In this document: piece after piece, positions 19,220 to 29,756 of the stretch
Numbering within the stretch: the stretch's first letter is position 1
Layout: each line of letters begins with the position of its first letter
From: Clostridia bacterium
Lineage (GTDB): Bacteria > Bacillota > Clostridia > UBA1381
Assembly: GCA_045603225.1 (NCBI GenBank)
Contig: JAZULT010000100.1
Location: 249 to 64,248, forward strand
DNA: 64,000 nt
Reading direction: 5' to 3'
Notes under the pieces: generated by a model
The model's input: only the letters and a program-made list of their open reading frames with translations
Told to the model about the DNA's origin: nothing
The model's database searches: none
Made by a program: the position numbers and the translations under genes

Positions 19220-20027
19220 AATAGGAATGATAGGTCTTGGACTTATCGGCGCATCCTTAGCTAAGTCGTTTAAAGAGAATACAGAATGTATTGTAGCCGG
19301 TTATGATATAAATCCGGAAACAATAACAAAAGCAGTAAATGAAGGAGTTATTGATTCTGAAGCTCGTTATGAAGAATGTGATATAATTATTTCAGCTTTA
19401 TACCCTGATGCGACTGTGGACTTTGTAAGAAAGAACTGTCACAAAATTAAAAAAGGTGCACTTGTTCTTGATTGCGGCGGAACTAAAGAACTTGTATGTC
19501 GTGAGTGCTCAAAAATAGCAGAAGAAAACGGTTTTCAATTTGTCGGAATGCATCCTATGGCAGGAACGGAACATTCGGGTTATGATTTTTCTACAGGAGA
19601 TCTTTTCAGAGGGGCATCGCTTATTATTTGTTCAGAAGAAAAACGACCTGAAATAGAAGAACTGTTTGGTAAAATAGGATTTGAAATTTTTCGATATACC
19701 ACGGCTGAAGAACATGACAGAATTATTGCTTTTACTTCACAGCTGGCTCATGTTGTTTCAAATGCATTTGTAAAAAGTCCGCAGTATCCGCTGCATCTCG
19801 GTTACTCAGCAGGCAGTTTGAAGGACTTGACAAGAGTTGCTTGGCTCAATGAAACTATGTGGACTGAATTATTTCTTCAGAATGCTGATAATCTTGCTTT
19901 TGAAATTGATACTATTATAGAAAATCTGAAAAAGTATTCAGATGCGATAAAGACTCATAATGACGGAGAATTGAGACACCTTCTGAAGGAAGGAAGAATG
20001 ATTAAAGAAAAAGTAGATGGGAGATAA
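19203..20027 (+). CDS. tyrA: Prephenate dehydrogenase
   Basis: Rossmann motif IGMIGLGLIG and the catalytic region HPMAG. AAGGAG RBS 10 nt upstream. Overlaps the aroF end by 17 nt. Confidence 0.9.
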   Translation: MRTKYKIGMIGLGLIGASLAKSFKENTECIVAGYDINPETITKAVNEGVIDSEARYEECDIIISALYPDATVDFVRKNCHKIKKGALVLDCGGTKELVCRECSKIAEENGFQFVGMHPMAGTEHSGYDFSTGDLFRGASLIICSEEKRPEIEELFGKIGFEIFRYTTAEEHDRIIAFTSQLAHVVSNAFVKSPQYPLHLGYSAGSLKDLTRVAWLNETMWTELFLQNADNLAFEIDTIIENLKKYSDAIKTHNDGELRHLLKEGRMIKEKVDGR

Positions 20028-20032
20028 CCTGT

Positions 20033-21073
20033 ATGGAAACGATAACTGTAAGTGCATCAATTGAATATGATGTACTGATAGATAATGGTATTATAAATAA
20101 ATGCGGAGAAATGACAGCTAAAGTAATCACTCCATGTAAGGCATGTATAATAACAGATGATAATGTTAAAAAGTACTATCTTGATATTGTCGAAGAATCA
20201 TATAAAAATGCAGGATTTGATGTTATATCGTTCAGTTTTCCTGACGGAGAAAATTCAAAAAATATAAAAACCATAAGTGATATATATGAGTTTCTTGCAG
20301 AAAATCATCTGACACGCTCTGATATTATAATTGCTTTAGGTGGAGGGATTGTTGGAGATACCGCAGGATTTGCCGCAGCAACATATCTGAGAGGTATAAA
20401 ATTTATTCAGATACCGACTACATTTCTTGCAGCAATTGATTCGTCTGTTGGCGGAAAAACAGGAGTGAATTTAAATGCCGGAAAGAATCTTTGTGGTGCA
20501 TTTCATCAGCCGTCGCTTGTAATATGCGATCCTGAATGTTTTAAAACGATGGATAAAGAAAGATACCTTGACGGTACAGCAGAAGCAGTTAAATATGCTG
20601 TGCTTAAAGATGAAAAGATTATAGACTATATCCGGAATGATATAATAAAAACGGTTACAGAATGTGTTAAAATCAAAAGAGATATAGTCTCACATGATGA
20701 GTTTGATACAGGTGAAAGACAGCTTTTGAATCTTGGGCATACTTTAGGACATGCCATTGAAAAACTGAGTGATTTTGAAATCACTCACGGTCATGCGGTA
20801 GCTATAGGAATGGTTCTTATTTCGCAGGCGGGCGAGAAATCCGGAATTACAAAACCGGGAACTGCTGAAAAAATAAAATCAATTCTAAAGGAGGAAGGAC
20901 TTCCTATTTCTTGTAAATATACGGCTGAGGAGCTTTGTGATATTGCACTTAACGATAAAAAAAGAACGGGTGGTACAATAACTCTTGTAATTCCGGATAT
21001 GATAGGAAAATGTGAACTCAGGAAAGTAAAAGTTTCAGAACTATTTGATTTTGTTAAAGGAGGAATTTCATGA
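20033..21073 (+). CDS. aroB: 3-dehydroquinate synthase
   Basis: GGGIVGDTAGFAAATYLRGI nucleotide-binding motif and metal ligands in LNLGHTLGHA...HGHAVA. Confidence 0.95.
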   Translation: METITVSASIEYDVLIDNGIINKCGEMTAKVITPCKACIITDDNVKKYYLDIVEESYKNAGFDVISFSFPDGENSKNIKTISDIYEFLAENHLTRSDIIIALGGGIVGDTAGFAAATYLRGIKFIQIPTTFLAAIDSSVGGKTGVNLNAGKNLCGAFHQPSLVICDPECFKTMDKERYLDGTAEAVKYAVLKDEKIIDYIRNDIIKTVTECVKIKRDIVSHDEFDTGERQLLNLGHTLGHAIEKLSDFEITHGHAVAIGMVLISQAGEKSGITKPGTAEKIKSILKEEGLPISCKYTAEELCDIALNDKKRTGGTITLVIPDMIGKCELRKVKVSELFDFVKGGIS

Positions 21074-22260
21074 TTACAGAAATTTTCCCTTCTATGCTTA
21101 ACGGAACGCTTTCAGCTGTTTCTTCGAAATCGTATGCCCACAGAATAATTGTTGCTTCAATGCTTTCTGATAAAGAAACGAAAATTAAGATAAACGGCTT
21201 TTCTGATGATATAATAGCAACACTTGAATGTATAAAAGCTATTGGCGGGGATTTTTCAATAAACGGGAATACAGTAACAATTTTTCCTGTAAAAGATGTG
21301 AAAGAGGGCACATATGTATATTGTAACGAAAGCGGAACAACTGCGCGTATTATGGTTCCCGTTTGTGCGGCGTTGTGCAAATGTTCAACAGTAGACGGTG
21401 GCGGAAGACTGCCCCAAAGACCTTTTTCAGAAATAGTCCGTGAGCTCAGAAATAACGGTGCAGAGATAGATTCGGATTCTGTTCCGATGAAAATAAGAGG
21501 AAAGATAAAATGCGGAATCTATGAAATTGAAGGGAATATAAGCTCACAGTACATCACAGGACTGCTTCTTGCACTCCCACTTACAGAATCAGACAGTGAA
21601 ATAATATTGAAAACACCTCTTGAATCAGCAGCGTATGTCGATATGACAATAGACGTTCTCGAAAAGTTTGGTATACAAATAAGAAAAACTGACAGAGGAT
21701 ATATTGTACCTTCTTCAAAATATATTTCGCCCGGAGAGATAATCGCTGAGGGGGACTGGTCAAATTCGGCTTTCTGGGTTGTTGCTGACAAGCTGGGTTC
21801 AAAAATCGATATACAGGATATAAACAGCAACTCACGTCAAGGTGATAGAAAGATATGTGATGTTCTTGATGATACTTCGATAGATGTATCTGAAATTCCG
21901 GATTTGTTTCCTATCCTATCTGTACTTGCGGCAGGAAGAAAAGGTGAAACTCTTCTTTATAATGCAAAAAGATTACGTCTTAAAGAAAGTGACAGAATAG
22001 AGTCTACAAACGCTCTACTAAAGTCTTTAGGCTGTAAAACGGAAGTCGGAGAGGACTACCTCAGGATTTTCGGTTCAGGAACACTTGAGGGTGGAATAGT
22101 TGACGGATATAATGACCACAGAATAGTAATGTCAGCGGCTATTGCATCTGTTATTTGTAAAAATAAAGTTGTAATTAAAGGTGCGGAGGCTGTCAATAAG
22201 TCGTATCCGGATTTCTTTAAAGAATTTGAGAGACTGGGAGGAAAAGTTAATGTCATTTAA
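21070..22260 (+). CDS. aroA: 3-phosphoshikimate 1-carboxyvinyltransferase (EPSP synthase)
   Basis: KSYAHR, GTTARI, LKESDR and NDHRIVMS motifs. aaaggagg RBS. ATGA overlap with aroB. Confidence 0.93.
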   Translation: MITEIFPSMLNGTLSAVSSKSYAHRIIVASMLSDKETKIKINGFSDDIIATLECIKAIGGDFSINGNTVTIFPVKDVKEGTYVYCNESGTTARIMVPVCAALCKCSTVDGGGRLPQRPFSEIVRELRNNGAEIDSDSVPMKIRGKIKCGIYEIEGNISSQYITGLLLALPLTESDSEIILKTPLESAAYVDMTIDVLEKFGIQIRKTDRGYIVPSSKYISPGEIIAEGDWSNSAFWVVADKLGSKIDIQDINSNSRQGDRKICDVLDDTSIDVSEIPDLFPILSVLAAGRKGETLLYNAKRLRLKESDRIESTNALLKSLGCKTEVGEDYLRIFGSGTLEGGIVDGYNDHRIVMSAAIASVICKNKVVIKGAEAVNKSYPDFFKEFERLGGKVNVI

Positions 22261-23308
22261 TATAGGTAATTTAACAATAACCGTTGCCGGTGAATCTCAC
22301 AGCTCAGGTCTGACTGTTATACTTGAAGGTATCAAACCCGGAATGGAAATTGACATGGATGAAATATACTCATTTATGCAAAGACGAGCACCCGGGAAAA
22401 ATAGATTTTCTACACCGAGAAAAGAGGCGGATTTGCCTGAAATTCTGTCAGGTGTTAAAAATGGATTTTCAACAGGTTCTGCGATTGCGGCTGTTATAAG
22501 AAATACAAATACCAAAAGTAAGGATTATGGTGATGAACTTGATGTTCTGAGACCGGGACATGCAGATTATCCTGCAAGTGTAAAATTTGGTAAGTATTTT
22601 GATTTTTGTGGTGGAGGACAGTTTTCAGGCAGAATAACAGCTACTCTTTGTTTTGCAGGAGGCATTGCAAAAAGTATTCTGAAAAAAAACGGAATTAATG
22701 TATTGGCTCATATATCCGAAATTCATGGGATAGAAGATAAATCGTACAAAGATACAGTGGTTGATGTTTCAGGTAAAGATTTTCCGGTGATAGATGATGA
22801 ATCGGGAATTAAAATGATGGATGAAATCGATAAAGCTCGTGAAAACCTTGATTCTGTAGGTGGCAAGATAGAATGTGTTGTCGAAGGAGTTCCTGCAGGT
22901 GTGGGGGATTCACTATTTGGCGGACTAGACGGTGAGATTGCTAAAGCGATTTTTGGAATTCCCGCTGTTAAGGGGATAGAATTCGGTGCCGGTTTTGACG
23001 TGTGCGAAATGTATGGCAGCGAAAATAACGATGAGTATTATATGGATAATGATGTGGTTAAAACGAAAACAAATAATCATGGTGGTATACTTGGCGGAAT
23101 TACCACAGGTATGCCGCTTATATTCAATACTGCGTTTAAACCGACACCGTCTATAGCTAAAGAACAGAATTCGGTAAGTCTTAAAAATGGTTCAGATATT
23201 AAATTATCTGTTCACGGTCGTCACGATCCGTGTATTGTTCAACGTGCAGTACCTGTTGTTGAAGCTGTTACTGCTCTTGTTATTCTTGGTAAATTGGGAG
23301 GGGTTTGA
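22250..23308 (+). CDS. aroC: Chorismate synthase
   Basis: AGESHS N-terminal motif, RPGHADY and GRHDPC motifs. The ATG at 22250 follows GGGAGG. The ORF-track start at 22181 lies inside aroA. Confidence 0.93.
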   Translation: MSFNIGNLTITVAGESHSSGLTVILEGIKPGMEIDMDEIYSFMQRRAPGKNRFSTPRKEADLPEILSGVKNGFSTGSAIAAVIRNTNTKSKDYGDELDVLRPGHADYPASVKFGKYFDFCGGGQFSGRITATLCFAGGIAKSILKKNGINVLAHISEIHGIEDKSYKDTVVDVSGKDFPVIDDESGIKMMDEIDKARENLDSVGGKIECVVEGVPAGVGDSLFGGLDGEIAKAIFGIPAVKGIEFGAGFDVCEMYGSENNDEYYMDNDVVKTKTNNHGGILGGITTGMPLIFNTAFKPTPSIAKEQNSVSLKNGSDIKLSVHGRHDPCIVQRAVPVVEAVTALVILGKLGGV

Positions 23309-23310
23309 AA

Positions 23311-24444
23311 ATGGATATGAGTCAGCTCAGAAATCAGATAGATGAAATTGATGATAAAATTGTAGAGCTTTTCAAGGAAAGAATGGAAATTGTGACAGGA
23401 GTTGCAGAATATAAAAAACAAAATAATATGCCGATTTTTCACAGAGGGCGTGAAAGGGATATTATAAACAGGGTCACAAAACAAGTTCCTCATGAAATGG
23501 CTGTATATACGAAAACTTTATATAATACACTTTTTGAAGTAAGCAGAGCTTATCAAAGCAAAAAAATAAATGACACCTCAGAGCTCGCTGAAAAAATTAA
23601 AGAATCGCTTGAAACTACTCCCAAAATCATTCCTCAGAACGCTATTGTAGCCTGTCAGGGTACAGAAGGCGCTTATTCGGAACAGGCGGCAGAAAAACTT
23701 TTTTCAAATCCTTCTGTAATGTATTTTAATAATTTCCGAGGGGTTTTTGAAGCTGTTAATGAAGGAATGTGTAAATACGGTGTACTTCCGGTAGAAAACA
23801 GTATACATGGCTCTGTTACTGAAGTTATAGATCTTATGAGTGAGTATGATTTCAATATAGTACATTCTGTTAAGATTCAGATTAATCATGTCCTTCTGGC
23901 GAAAAAAGGTACAAAGGAAATAAAAGAAATCTTTTCTCACAGACAGGGAATCGGACAGTGTGAAAAATATTTAAAAACACTTAAGGGTGTAAAAATTACA
24001 CCGGTTGAAAATACTGCTGTTGCCGCAAAAATGGTGGCAGAAAGCGAAAGAGATGATGTTGCGTCAATTTCATCACCTCTTTGCGGAGAATTATACGGAT
24101 TACAAATAGTAAAGTCAAACATAAAAGACAGTGATAACAATTATACCAGATTTATATGTATTTCAAAAGATATGGAAGTTTATCCCGGAGCCGATAGAAT
24201 GACTGTTATGCTAAAGCTTAAACATGAACCGGGAAGCTTGTATAATCTGATTTCAAAATTTGCCGCTGTTGGAGTTAATCTTACCAAGATAGAAAGTAGA
24301 CCGATATGCGGTCTGGATTTTGAATTTATGTTTCTACTTGACATGAATATATCCGTATATTCTGATGAAATTATATCACTTTTAACTGACCTTGAGAACA
24401 CTACAGACGGTTTCGTATTCATGGGAGCATATTCCGAAAATTAA
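23311..24444 (+). CDS. pheA: Bifunctional chorismate mutase / prephenate dehydratase (P-protein) with C-terminal ACT domain
   Basis: N-terminal AroQ chorismate mutase helix (LRNQIDEIDDKIVELFKERMEI), PDT domain (ACQGTEGAYSE, PVENSIHGSV), ACT region with ESRP. Confidence 0.9.
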   Translation: MDMSQLRNQIDEIDDKIVELFKERMEIVTGVAEYKKQNNMPIFHRGRERDIINRVTKQVPHEMAVYTKTLYNTLFEVSRAYQSKKINDTSELAEKIKESLETTPKIIPQNAIVACQGTEGAYSEQAAEKLFSNPSVMYFNNFRGVFEAVNEGMCKYGVLPVENSIHGSVTEVIDLMSEYDFNIVHSVKIQINHVLLAKKGTKEIKEIFSHRQGIGQCEKYLKTLKGVKITPVENTAVAAKMVAESERDDVASISSPLCGELYGLQIVKSNIKDSDNNYTRFICISKDMEVYPGADRMTVMLKLKHEPGSLYNLISKFAAVGVNLTKIESRPICGLDFEFMFLLDMNISVYSDEIISLLTDLENTTDGFVFMGAYSEN

Positions 24445-24482
24445 AATTTTATTAAAAAAATAAAAAAAATATAAAAAAAGTA

Positions 24483-24511
24483 TTGATTTTTTTTGAAAAG
24501 TATGATATAAT
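24483..24511 (+). promoter_or_regulatory. Consensus-like sigma-A promoter of the rimP-nusA-infB operon
   Basis: TTGATT (24483-24488), 17 nt spacer, TGaTATAAT (-10 at 24506-24511), preceded by an A-rich UP-like tract. Confidence 0.6.
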
Positions 24512-24537
24512 ATAAATACAGTTAAATAGATGTTGAC

Positions 24538-24567
24538 AAAAGAGTGGGCGGGAGCCCGCTCTTTTCT
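24538..24567 (+). terminator. Terminator-like hairpin inside the rimP-nusA leader
   Basis: AGAGTGGGC-GGGA-GCCCGCTCT (9 bp, one G-U, GC-rich) followed by TTTT. It lies between the promoter and the rimP start. Confidence 0.5.
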
Positions 24568-24599
24568 ACAGTTAAGAAAGAAAGGATGTGTAGCTGACA

Positions 24600-25055
24600 G
24601 TGAATAGTTCAGTCAAATTAGCATTTGAGATAGGTGATGCAATTGCTGAAAAAATGGGTTTTTTTCTCGTTGATGCAGAATATGTAACCGAGAATAAATC
24701 AAAGATACTCAGGCTGTATATTGATAAGGAAGGCGGTGTGGGTATTGATGACTGCGAGATTTTCAGTAATGTGTTCGGAGCAGAATTTGATAAGATAGAC
24801 CCTATATCCGAACCGTACTGTCTTGAGGTTTCATCTCCGGGGGCTGACAGAATTCTTAAAACAGAACGTGAATATAATCATTATATCGGTTCTGAAGTGT
24901 CTGTAAAACTGTACGCAGCTAAGGATGGAAAAAAAGAATTTGACGGTATTCTGAAAAATTATTCGGATAAAATTGTTACAGTAGAGTGTGGAGAACAAAC
25001 AATACAGTTTACTGAAAAAGAAGCAGTTCATGTCAGACTAGCTTTCAAAATGTAA
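24600..25055 (+). CDS. rimP: Ribosome maturation factor RimP
   Basis: LEVSSPGADRILK motif. 151 aa. GTG is the first possible start after an in-frame TAG. Located upstream of nusA. Confidence 0.9.
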   Translation: MNSSVKLAFEIGDAIAEKMGFFLVDAEYVTENKSKILRLYIDKEGGVGIDDCEIFSNVFGAEFDKIDPISEPYCLEVSSPGADRILKTEREYNHYIGSEVSVKLYAAKDGKKEFDGILKNYSDKIVTVECGEQTIQFTEKEAVHVRLAFKM

Positions 25056-25081
25056 AATATAGAAAGGAATGATTTATAAAA

Positions 25082-26200
25082 ATGGCTAAATCAAAAAAAC
25101 AAGAACAGGAAACATTGCTTGAAGCATTAACACTTCTTTGCAAAGAAAAAGGTATTGAAGAGGATATCATATTCGATGCAATAGAAGCGGCCATGCTTGC
25201 AGGATACAAAAAGAATTATGTACAGTCTCAGAATGTACAGGTTAAACTTGACAGAACTACAGGAATAATTAAAGTGTTTACACAAAAAGAAGTTGTTGAG
25301 GATGATGCAGTGTTTGATCCGCAGATAGAAATTTCTATACTTGATGCAGAAAGAATCAATCCTAATTATCAGCTCGGAGACTTTATAGATGTAGAAGTAA
25401 CACCAAGTGATTTCGGTAGAATTACAGCTATGACTGCAAAACAAGTTGTAATGCAGAGAATTCGTGAAGCGGAACGTGACATTATTTATAGAGAGTATAA
25501 TGAAAAAATCAATGATATAGTAAGCGGAAGTATTCAGAAAATTGATAAAGGAAATGTTTTTATAGATATAGGAAAAACAGAAGCAATACTTCCGTCAGGA
25601 GAACAGCCTGCATGTGAAAAAGATAAATATCATATTCATCAGACATTAAAGTGTTTTGTCAGCGAAGTTAAAAACGGGACAAAAGGAACACAGATTATTC
25701 TTTCAAGAACTCATCCGGGGCTTGTCAAATGCCTTTTCCAGCGTGAAGTTCCTGAAATTGAACAAGGTATCGTTGAAATTAAGAACATAGCACGAGAAGC
25801 AGGCTCCAGAACAAAAATTTCAGTATATTCTGAAGATCCTGATGTTGATCCCCAGGGTGCTTGTATAGGGCCTAAAGGAATAAGAGTTCAGAATATCGGA
25901 GATGAGCTTGGAGATGAGAAGATAGATATTGTAAAATACAGCGATGACCCTATAGCTTATATCACAGAAAGCCTTAGCCCTGCAAAGGTAATTACTGCCG
26001 TAATAAATGAAGAGGAGAAATCTGCTCAGGTTGTTGTACCGTCAACACAGTTATCTCTCGCTATCGGTAAATCAGGGCAAAATGTACGTCTTGCTGCAAA
26101 GCTCACAGGTTGGAAGATTGATATTGTAACTTCAATAGATGATTTGAAATTTCCTGAAAGCGACGGGACTTATGAAGTAATCGAGAATGATGAAGAATAA
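25082..26200 (+). CDS. nusA: Transcription termination/antitermination factor NusA
   Basis: N-terminal RNAP-binding domain, an S1 domain, and two KH domains (IGPKGIRVQ, AIGKSGQNVRLA). Confidence 0.97.
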   Translation: MAKSKKQEQETLLEALTLLCKEKGIEEDIIFDAIEAAMLAGYKKNYVQSQNVQVKLDRTTGIIKVFTQKEVVEDDAVFDPQIEISILDAERINPNYQLGDFIDVEVTPSDFGRITAMTAKQVVMQRIREAERDIIYREYNEKINDIVSGSIQKIDKGNVFIDIGKTEAILPSGEQPACEKDKYHIHQTLKCFVSEVKNGTKGTQIILSRTHPGLVKCLFQREVPEIEQGIVEIKNIAREAGSRTKISVYSEDPDVDPQGACIGPKGIRVQNIGDELGDEKIDIVKYSDDPIAYITESLSPAKVITAVINEEEKSAQVVVPSTQLSLAIGKSGQNVRLAAKLTGWKIDIVTSIDDLKFPESDGTYEVIENDEE

Positions 26201-26214
26201 AGGGTGACATGAAA

Positions 26215-26466
26215 ATGGGTAAACATATTCCTTTAAGAATGTGTATAGCTTGCCGTAATATGAAACAGAAATCTGATTTAATACGAATCATATACCGGGA
26301 AGGTCAGATTTGTGTTGACGAAAAAATGAAAGTGCAACAGCGCGGAGCATATATATGCAAATGTGCTGAATGTATGAAGATTTTGAAAAAGAAACGCGGT
26401 CTTGAAAGAACTTTTCGCTGCGAGATTAATGATGAAACATATAATATGTTGACGGAATATATTTAA
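26215..26466 (+). CDS. ylxR: YlxR/DUF448 family RNA-binding protein
   Basis: The PLRMCIACR motif is typical of YlxR. Position between nusA and infB. The ATG at 26215 is better spaced from AGGGTG than the ATG at 26209. Confidence 0.88.
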   Translation: MGKHIPLRMCIACRNMKQKSDLIRIIYREGQICVDEKMKVQQRGAYICKCAECMKILKKKRGLERTFRCEINDETYNMLTEYI

Positions 26467-26485
26467 TAAATGCGACGGTGGGAGT

Positions 26486-26803
26486 ATGAAAAATATATTA
26501 GGAATGATTGGACTTGCAAAACGTGCCGGAAAATTATCATGTGGTGAAATGCTTGCTCTTGAAAGTATAAAGAAAAGAAAATCAAGACTTATTATTATAG
26601 CTGAAGATACCTCTGATAATACAAAAAAATCATTGACTGACAGTTGTAATTTCTATAAAGTACCATATGTTTTATTTTCCACCAAAGAGATGCTTGGTGA
26701 ATATACGGGCGGAGGAATAAAAAGTGTTGTTTCGGTAAATGACAGTAATTTTGCGAAGTCTTTAAAAAATAAGATTGAATTAACGTACAGAAAGGATTGG
26801 TGA
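26486..26803 (+). CDS. L7Ae/L30e/S12e/Gadd45 family ribosome-associated protein (YlxQ-like)
   Basis: 105 aa with [13 protein letters not shown]. Conserved position between ylxR and infB. Confidence 0.85.
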   Translation: MKNILGMIGLAKRAGKLSCGEMLALESIKKRKSRLIIIAEDTSDNTKKSLTDSCNFYKVPYVLFSTKEMLGEYTGGGIKSVVSVNDSNFAKSLKNKIELTYRKDW

Positions 26804-29418
26804 TTCATTTGGCAGATACAAAATTAACAGCTATGACTGTTGCTAAAGATTTAGGACTTAAAGGTAAGGATGTCGTACTTAAACTTGCAGAATACGGAAT
26901 AGAGCTTAAAAGCTCTTCAACAGCAATAACAGAGGAACAGGCATCTTTGGCGTATGATATTTTTACAAAAATGAATGAAAATACATTAGATGAAATTAAT
27001 GAAGACAGAAATCAGGCTTTAGCAAAAAAAGCTGAAGAAAAGAAAGCTGCAGAAAAAGCAGCAGAAGCAGAAAAAGCTGAGGAAACACAGATAAAAGCAT
27101 CTTCAAAGAAAAAAGAGATTAAACCTGAAGTTTCAGAAAAGGAATTGGCTTTAAAGAAAGCAAGCGAAAAAGTTGCAAAGGCTGCTGCTGAAAAGCGTGA
27201 AGCAGATAAAGCTGAAGCGAAAAAGAAAGAAGATGCTAAGAAAAAAGAAGCTGCTGAAAAGAAAAAGGAAGCTTCTGCTAAGAAAAAAGAAGGAGAAAAA
27301 ACTGAGAAGAAAACTGCAAAGCCTGAGAAACAAGACGCTCCACAGGAAAAGAAAGATAAACGTAAAAAGAAGCAACCTGCTCAGAAACAGGGCGGTACAA
27401 GAATAGAACTCGTTCGTGACGATGATGCTGATGAAGAATTTGTAATCAAGACTGAAGAAAATAAAAAGTATGTAGATACAAGAACTTCAACAGTTGAAAT
27501 TGAGAAAATAGAAAGCAGAGAACGTATAGAAGAGCTTGTAGATGACGATAATATGAATAACAAGTTCTCAGGACGTGACAAGAACCGTAATAAACGCGGT
27601 AAGCAGGCTAAAGAACCTGTTGAAGTAAAAGTTGCTCCGAAAAAAGTTATCCCCGAAAAGGTTATAACAGAGATTGAAGTGCCGGAAACAATCACAGTCG
27701 GTGAGTTTGCTCAGAAAATCGGCAAAGGTGCGGGCGAAGTAGTTAAGAAACTTATGATGCTTGGTGTTATGGCTACAATAACACAGTCGATTGACTATGA
27801 TACTGCCGCACTTATTGGTGAAGATTTCGGAATAACAGTTAACAAAGAAATTATTCTTACAAAAGAAGATATCCTTCTTGAACAGATTTCGGCAGAAGAC
27901 AAGGAAGAAGACCTTGTTCCGCGTCCGCCTGTCGTTGTTGTTATGGGGCATGTTGACCATGGTAAGACATCACTTCTTGATGCTATCCGCGATACTTCTG
28001 TTACAACTACAGAAGCCGGAGGTATTACTCAGCATATAGGTGCTTACGGAGTTAAGCTTGATGGACGTGATATCACTTTCCTTGATACACCGGGACACGA
28101 AGCATTTACTACAATGCGTGCAAGAGGTGCTCAGGTTACAGACGTTGCTATCCTTGTTGTTGCCGCTGATGACGGTATAATGCCTCAGACAATTGAAGCT
28201 ATTAACCACGCAAAAGCTGCAAATGTTACTATAGTTGTTGCTATTAATAAAATTGATAAAGAAGGCGCAAATCCTGACCGCGTACGTCAGATGCTTATGG
28301 AACACGACCTTGTTCCGGAAGAATGGGGCGGAGATACCGTATGTGTTGAGGTCAGTGCAAAACAGAAAATTAACATAGACGGACTTCTTGAAATGGTTCT
28401 TCTTGTTGCAGATATGAAAGAACTTAAGGCTAATCCGAACAGAGAGGCTTCAGGTACCGTTATTGAGTCAAGAATTGATAAGGGCAGAGGTCCTGTTGCG
28501 ACAGTTCTTGTTGAAAACGGTACACTTAATGTGGGTGATATTGTAATTGCAGGAACAGCTGTTGGTCACGTTCGTGCTATGGTTAACGACCGAGGCAGAC
28601 GTGTTAAAACAGCGGGACCGTCAACACCTGTTGAAATTCTCGGTCTTTCGGAAGCACCGTCAGGCGGCGATAAATTCTTTGTGGTACAGAACGAAAAACT
28701 CGCACGTGATGTTGCCGAAAAGAGAAAGCATGATATGCAGGAGGATAAGTTCAACAAGGTTGTTAAGGTTAATCTTGATAATTTGTTCAGTCAGATTGAC
28801 GAAGGTAACATGAAGGAACTTAATATTATTATAAAAGCAGATGTTCAGGGATCTGTCGAAGCAGTAAGACAGTCACTTGAAAAGCTTTCAAATGAAGAGG
28901 TTCGTGTTCGTGCCATCCATGGTGGTGTAGGTGCTATCAACGAATCTGATATTATGCTTGCAGATGCTTCAAATGCTATCATTGTCGGATTTAACGTACG
29001 CCCCGATGCCGGAGCATTGTCAGCAGCGGAGCAGAAAGAAGTGGATATCAGACTTTACAGAGTTATTTATCAGGCTATTGAAGAAATTGAAGCCGCTATG
29101 AAGGGTATGCTTGATCCTGAGTTCAAGGAAGTTGTAATCGGTCATGCCGAAGTTCGTCAGACGTTCAAGGTTTCAAGTGTCGGTACAATTGCTGGATGTT
29201 ATGTAACAGACGGTAAGATTGTAAGAAATGCCGGTGTGAGACTTGTCAGAAACGGTATTGTGATTTATGAAGGAGAGCTTTCAAGCCTCAAGCGCTTCAA
29301 GGATGATGCAAAGGAAGTTGTTGAAAACTTCGAGTGCGGTCTCGGACTTAATAACTTTAATGACATTAAAGAGGAAGATGTCCTTGAATGTTATGTAATG
29401 GAGGAAGTAAAAAGGTAA
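26797..29418 (+). CDS. infB: Translation initiation factor IF-2
   Basis: Lys/Glu/Ala-rich N-terminal region, GTPase G-domain ([21 protein letters not shown]), C-terminal domains. The start codon is uncertain (TTG 26797, GTG 26800 or TTG 26809). Confidence 0.97.
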   Translation: MVIHLADTKLTAMTVAKDLGLKGKDVVLKLAEYGIELKSSSTAITEEQASLAYDIFTKMNENTLDEINEDRNQALAKKAEEKKAAEKAAEAEKAEETQIKASSKKKEIKPEVSEKELALKKASEKVAKAAAEKREADKAEAKKKEDAKKKEAAEKKKEASAKKKEGEKTEKKTAKPEKQDAPQEKKDKRKKKQPAQKQGGTRIELVRDDDADEEFVIKTEENKKYVDTRTSTVEIEKIESRERIEELVDDDNMNNKFSGRDKNRNKRGKQAKEPVEVKVAPKKVIPEKVITEIEVPETITVGEFAQKIGKGAGEVVKKLMMLGVMATITQSIDYDTAALIGEDFGITVNKEIILTKEDILLEQISAEDKEEDLVPRPPVVVVMGHVDHGKTSLLDAIRDTSVTTTEAGGITQHIGAYGVKLDGRDITFLDTPGHEAFTTMRARGAQVTDVAILVVAADDGIMPQTIEAINHAKAANVTIVVAINKIDKEGANPDRVRQMLMEHDLVPEEWGGDTVCVEVSAKQKINIDGLLEMVLLVADMKELKANPNREASGTVIESRIDKGRGPVATVLVENGTLNVGDIVIAGTAVGHVRAMVNDRGRRVKTAGPSTPVEILGLSEAPSGGDKFFVVQNEKLARDVAEKRKHDMQEDKFNKVVKVNLDNLFSQIDEGNMKELNIIIKADVQGSVEAVRQSLEKLSNEEVRVRAIHGGVGAINESDIMLADASNAIIVGFNVRPDAGALSAAEQKEVDIRLYRVIYQAIEEIEAAMKGMLDPEFKEVVIGHAEVRQTFKVSSVGTIAGCYVTDGKIVRNAGVRLVRNGIVIYEGELSSLKRFKDDAKEVVENFECGLGLNNFNDIKEEDVLECYVMEEVKR

Positions 29419-29420
29419 GT

Positions 29421-29756
29421 ATGTCAAGAATTGATAAAATCAATGAAGAAGTAAAACGTGAGCTTGCAAAGGTAATCCGCGAGCTCAAAGACAGTCGTAT
29501 TCCTATGATGACAAGCATCGTTGCGGTTAATGTAACGAAAGATTTGCGTTATGCAAAGGTTTATGTTTCAGTAATGGGTGATGAAACAATCAAGAAAAAA
29601 GCAATAGATGGTCTCAAAAGTGCTGCAGGGTTCGTAAGACGTGAAATGGGAAAGCGTGTAGATCTCAGATATACACCGGAGTTTGTATTCGAGCTTGATA
29701 AATCGCTTGAACACGGTGCCCATATAAACGAATTACTCAGAGGTACCGAGAGATGA
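29421..29756 (+). CDS. rbfA: Ribosome-binding factor A
   Basis: MSRIDKINEEVKRELAKVI is a typical RbfA N-terminus. The ATG at 29421 follows the aaaagg RBS. Confidence 0.93.
   Translation: MSRIDKINEEVKRELAKVIRELKDSRIPMMTSIVAVNVTKDLRYAKVYVSVMGDETIKKKAIDGLKSAAGFVRREMGKRVDLRYTPEFVFELDKSLEHGAHINELLRGTER

Noticed and set aside
24533-24561. Second TTGACA hexamer as an additional rimP promoter
   Set aside because: The sequence 17 nt downstream is CCGCTC inside the GC-rich hairpin, so no usable -10 element is present.
26950-27420. Repetitive Lys/Glu/Ala-rich DNA with ORFs on both strands (27151-27375 on -, 27173-27406 on +)
   Set aside because: This is the normal low-complexity N-terminal region of IF-2. 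The extra ORFs are frame artefacts of the purine-rich repeats.
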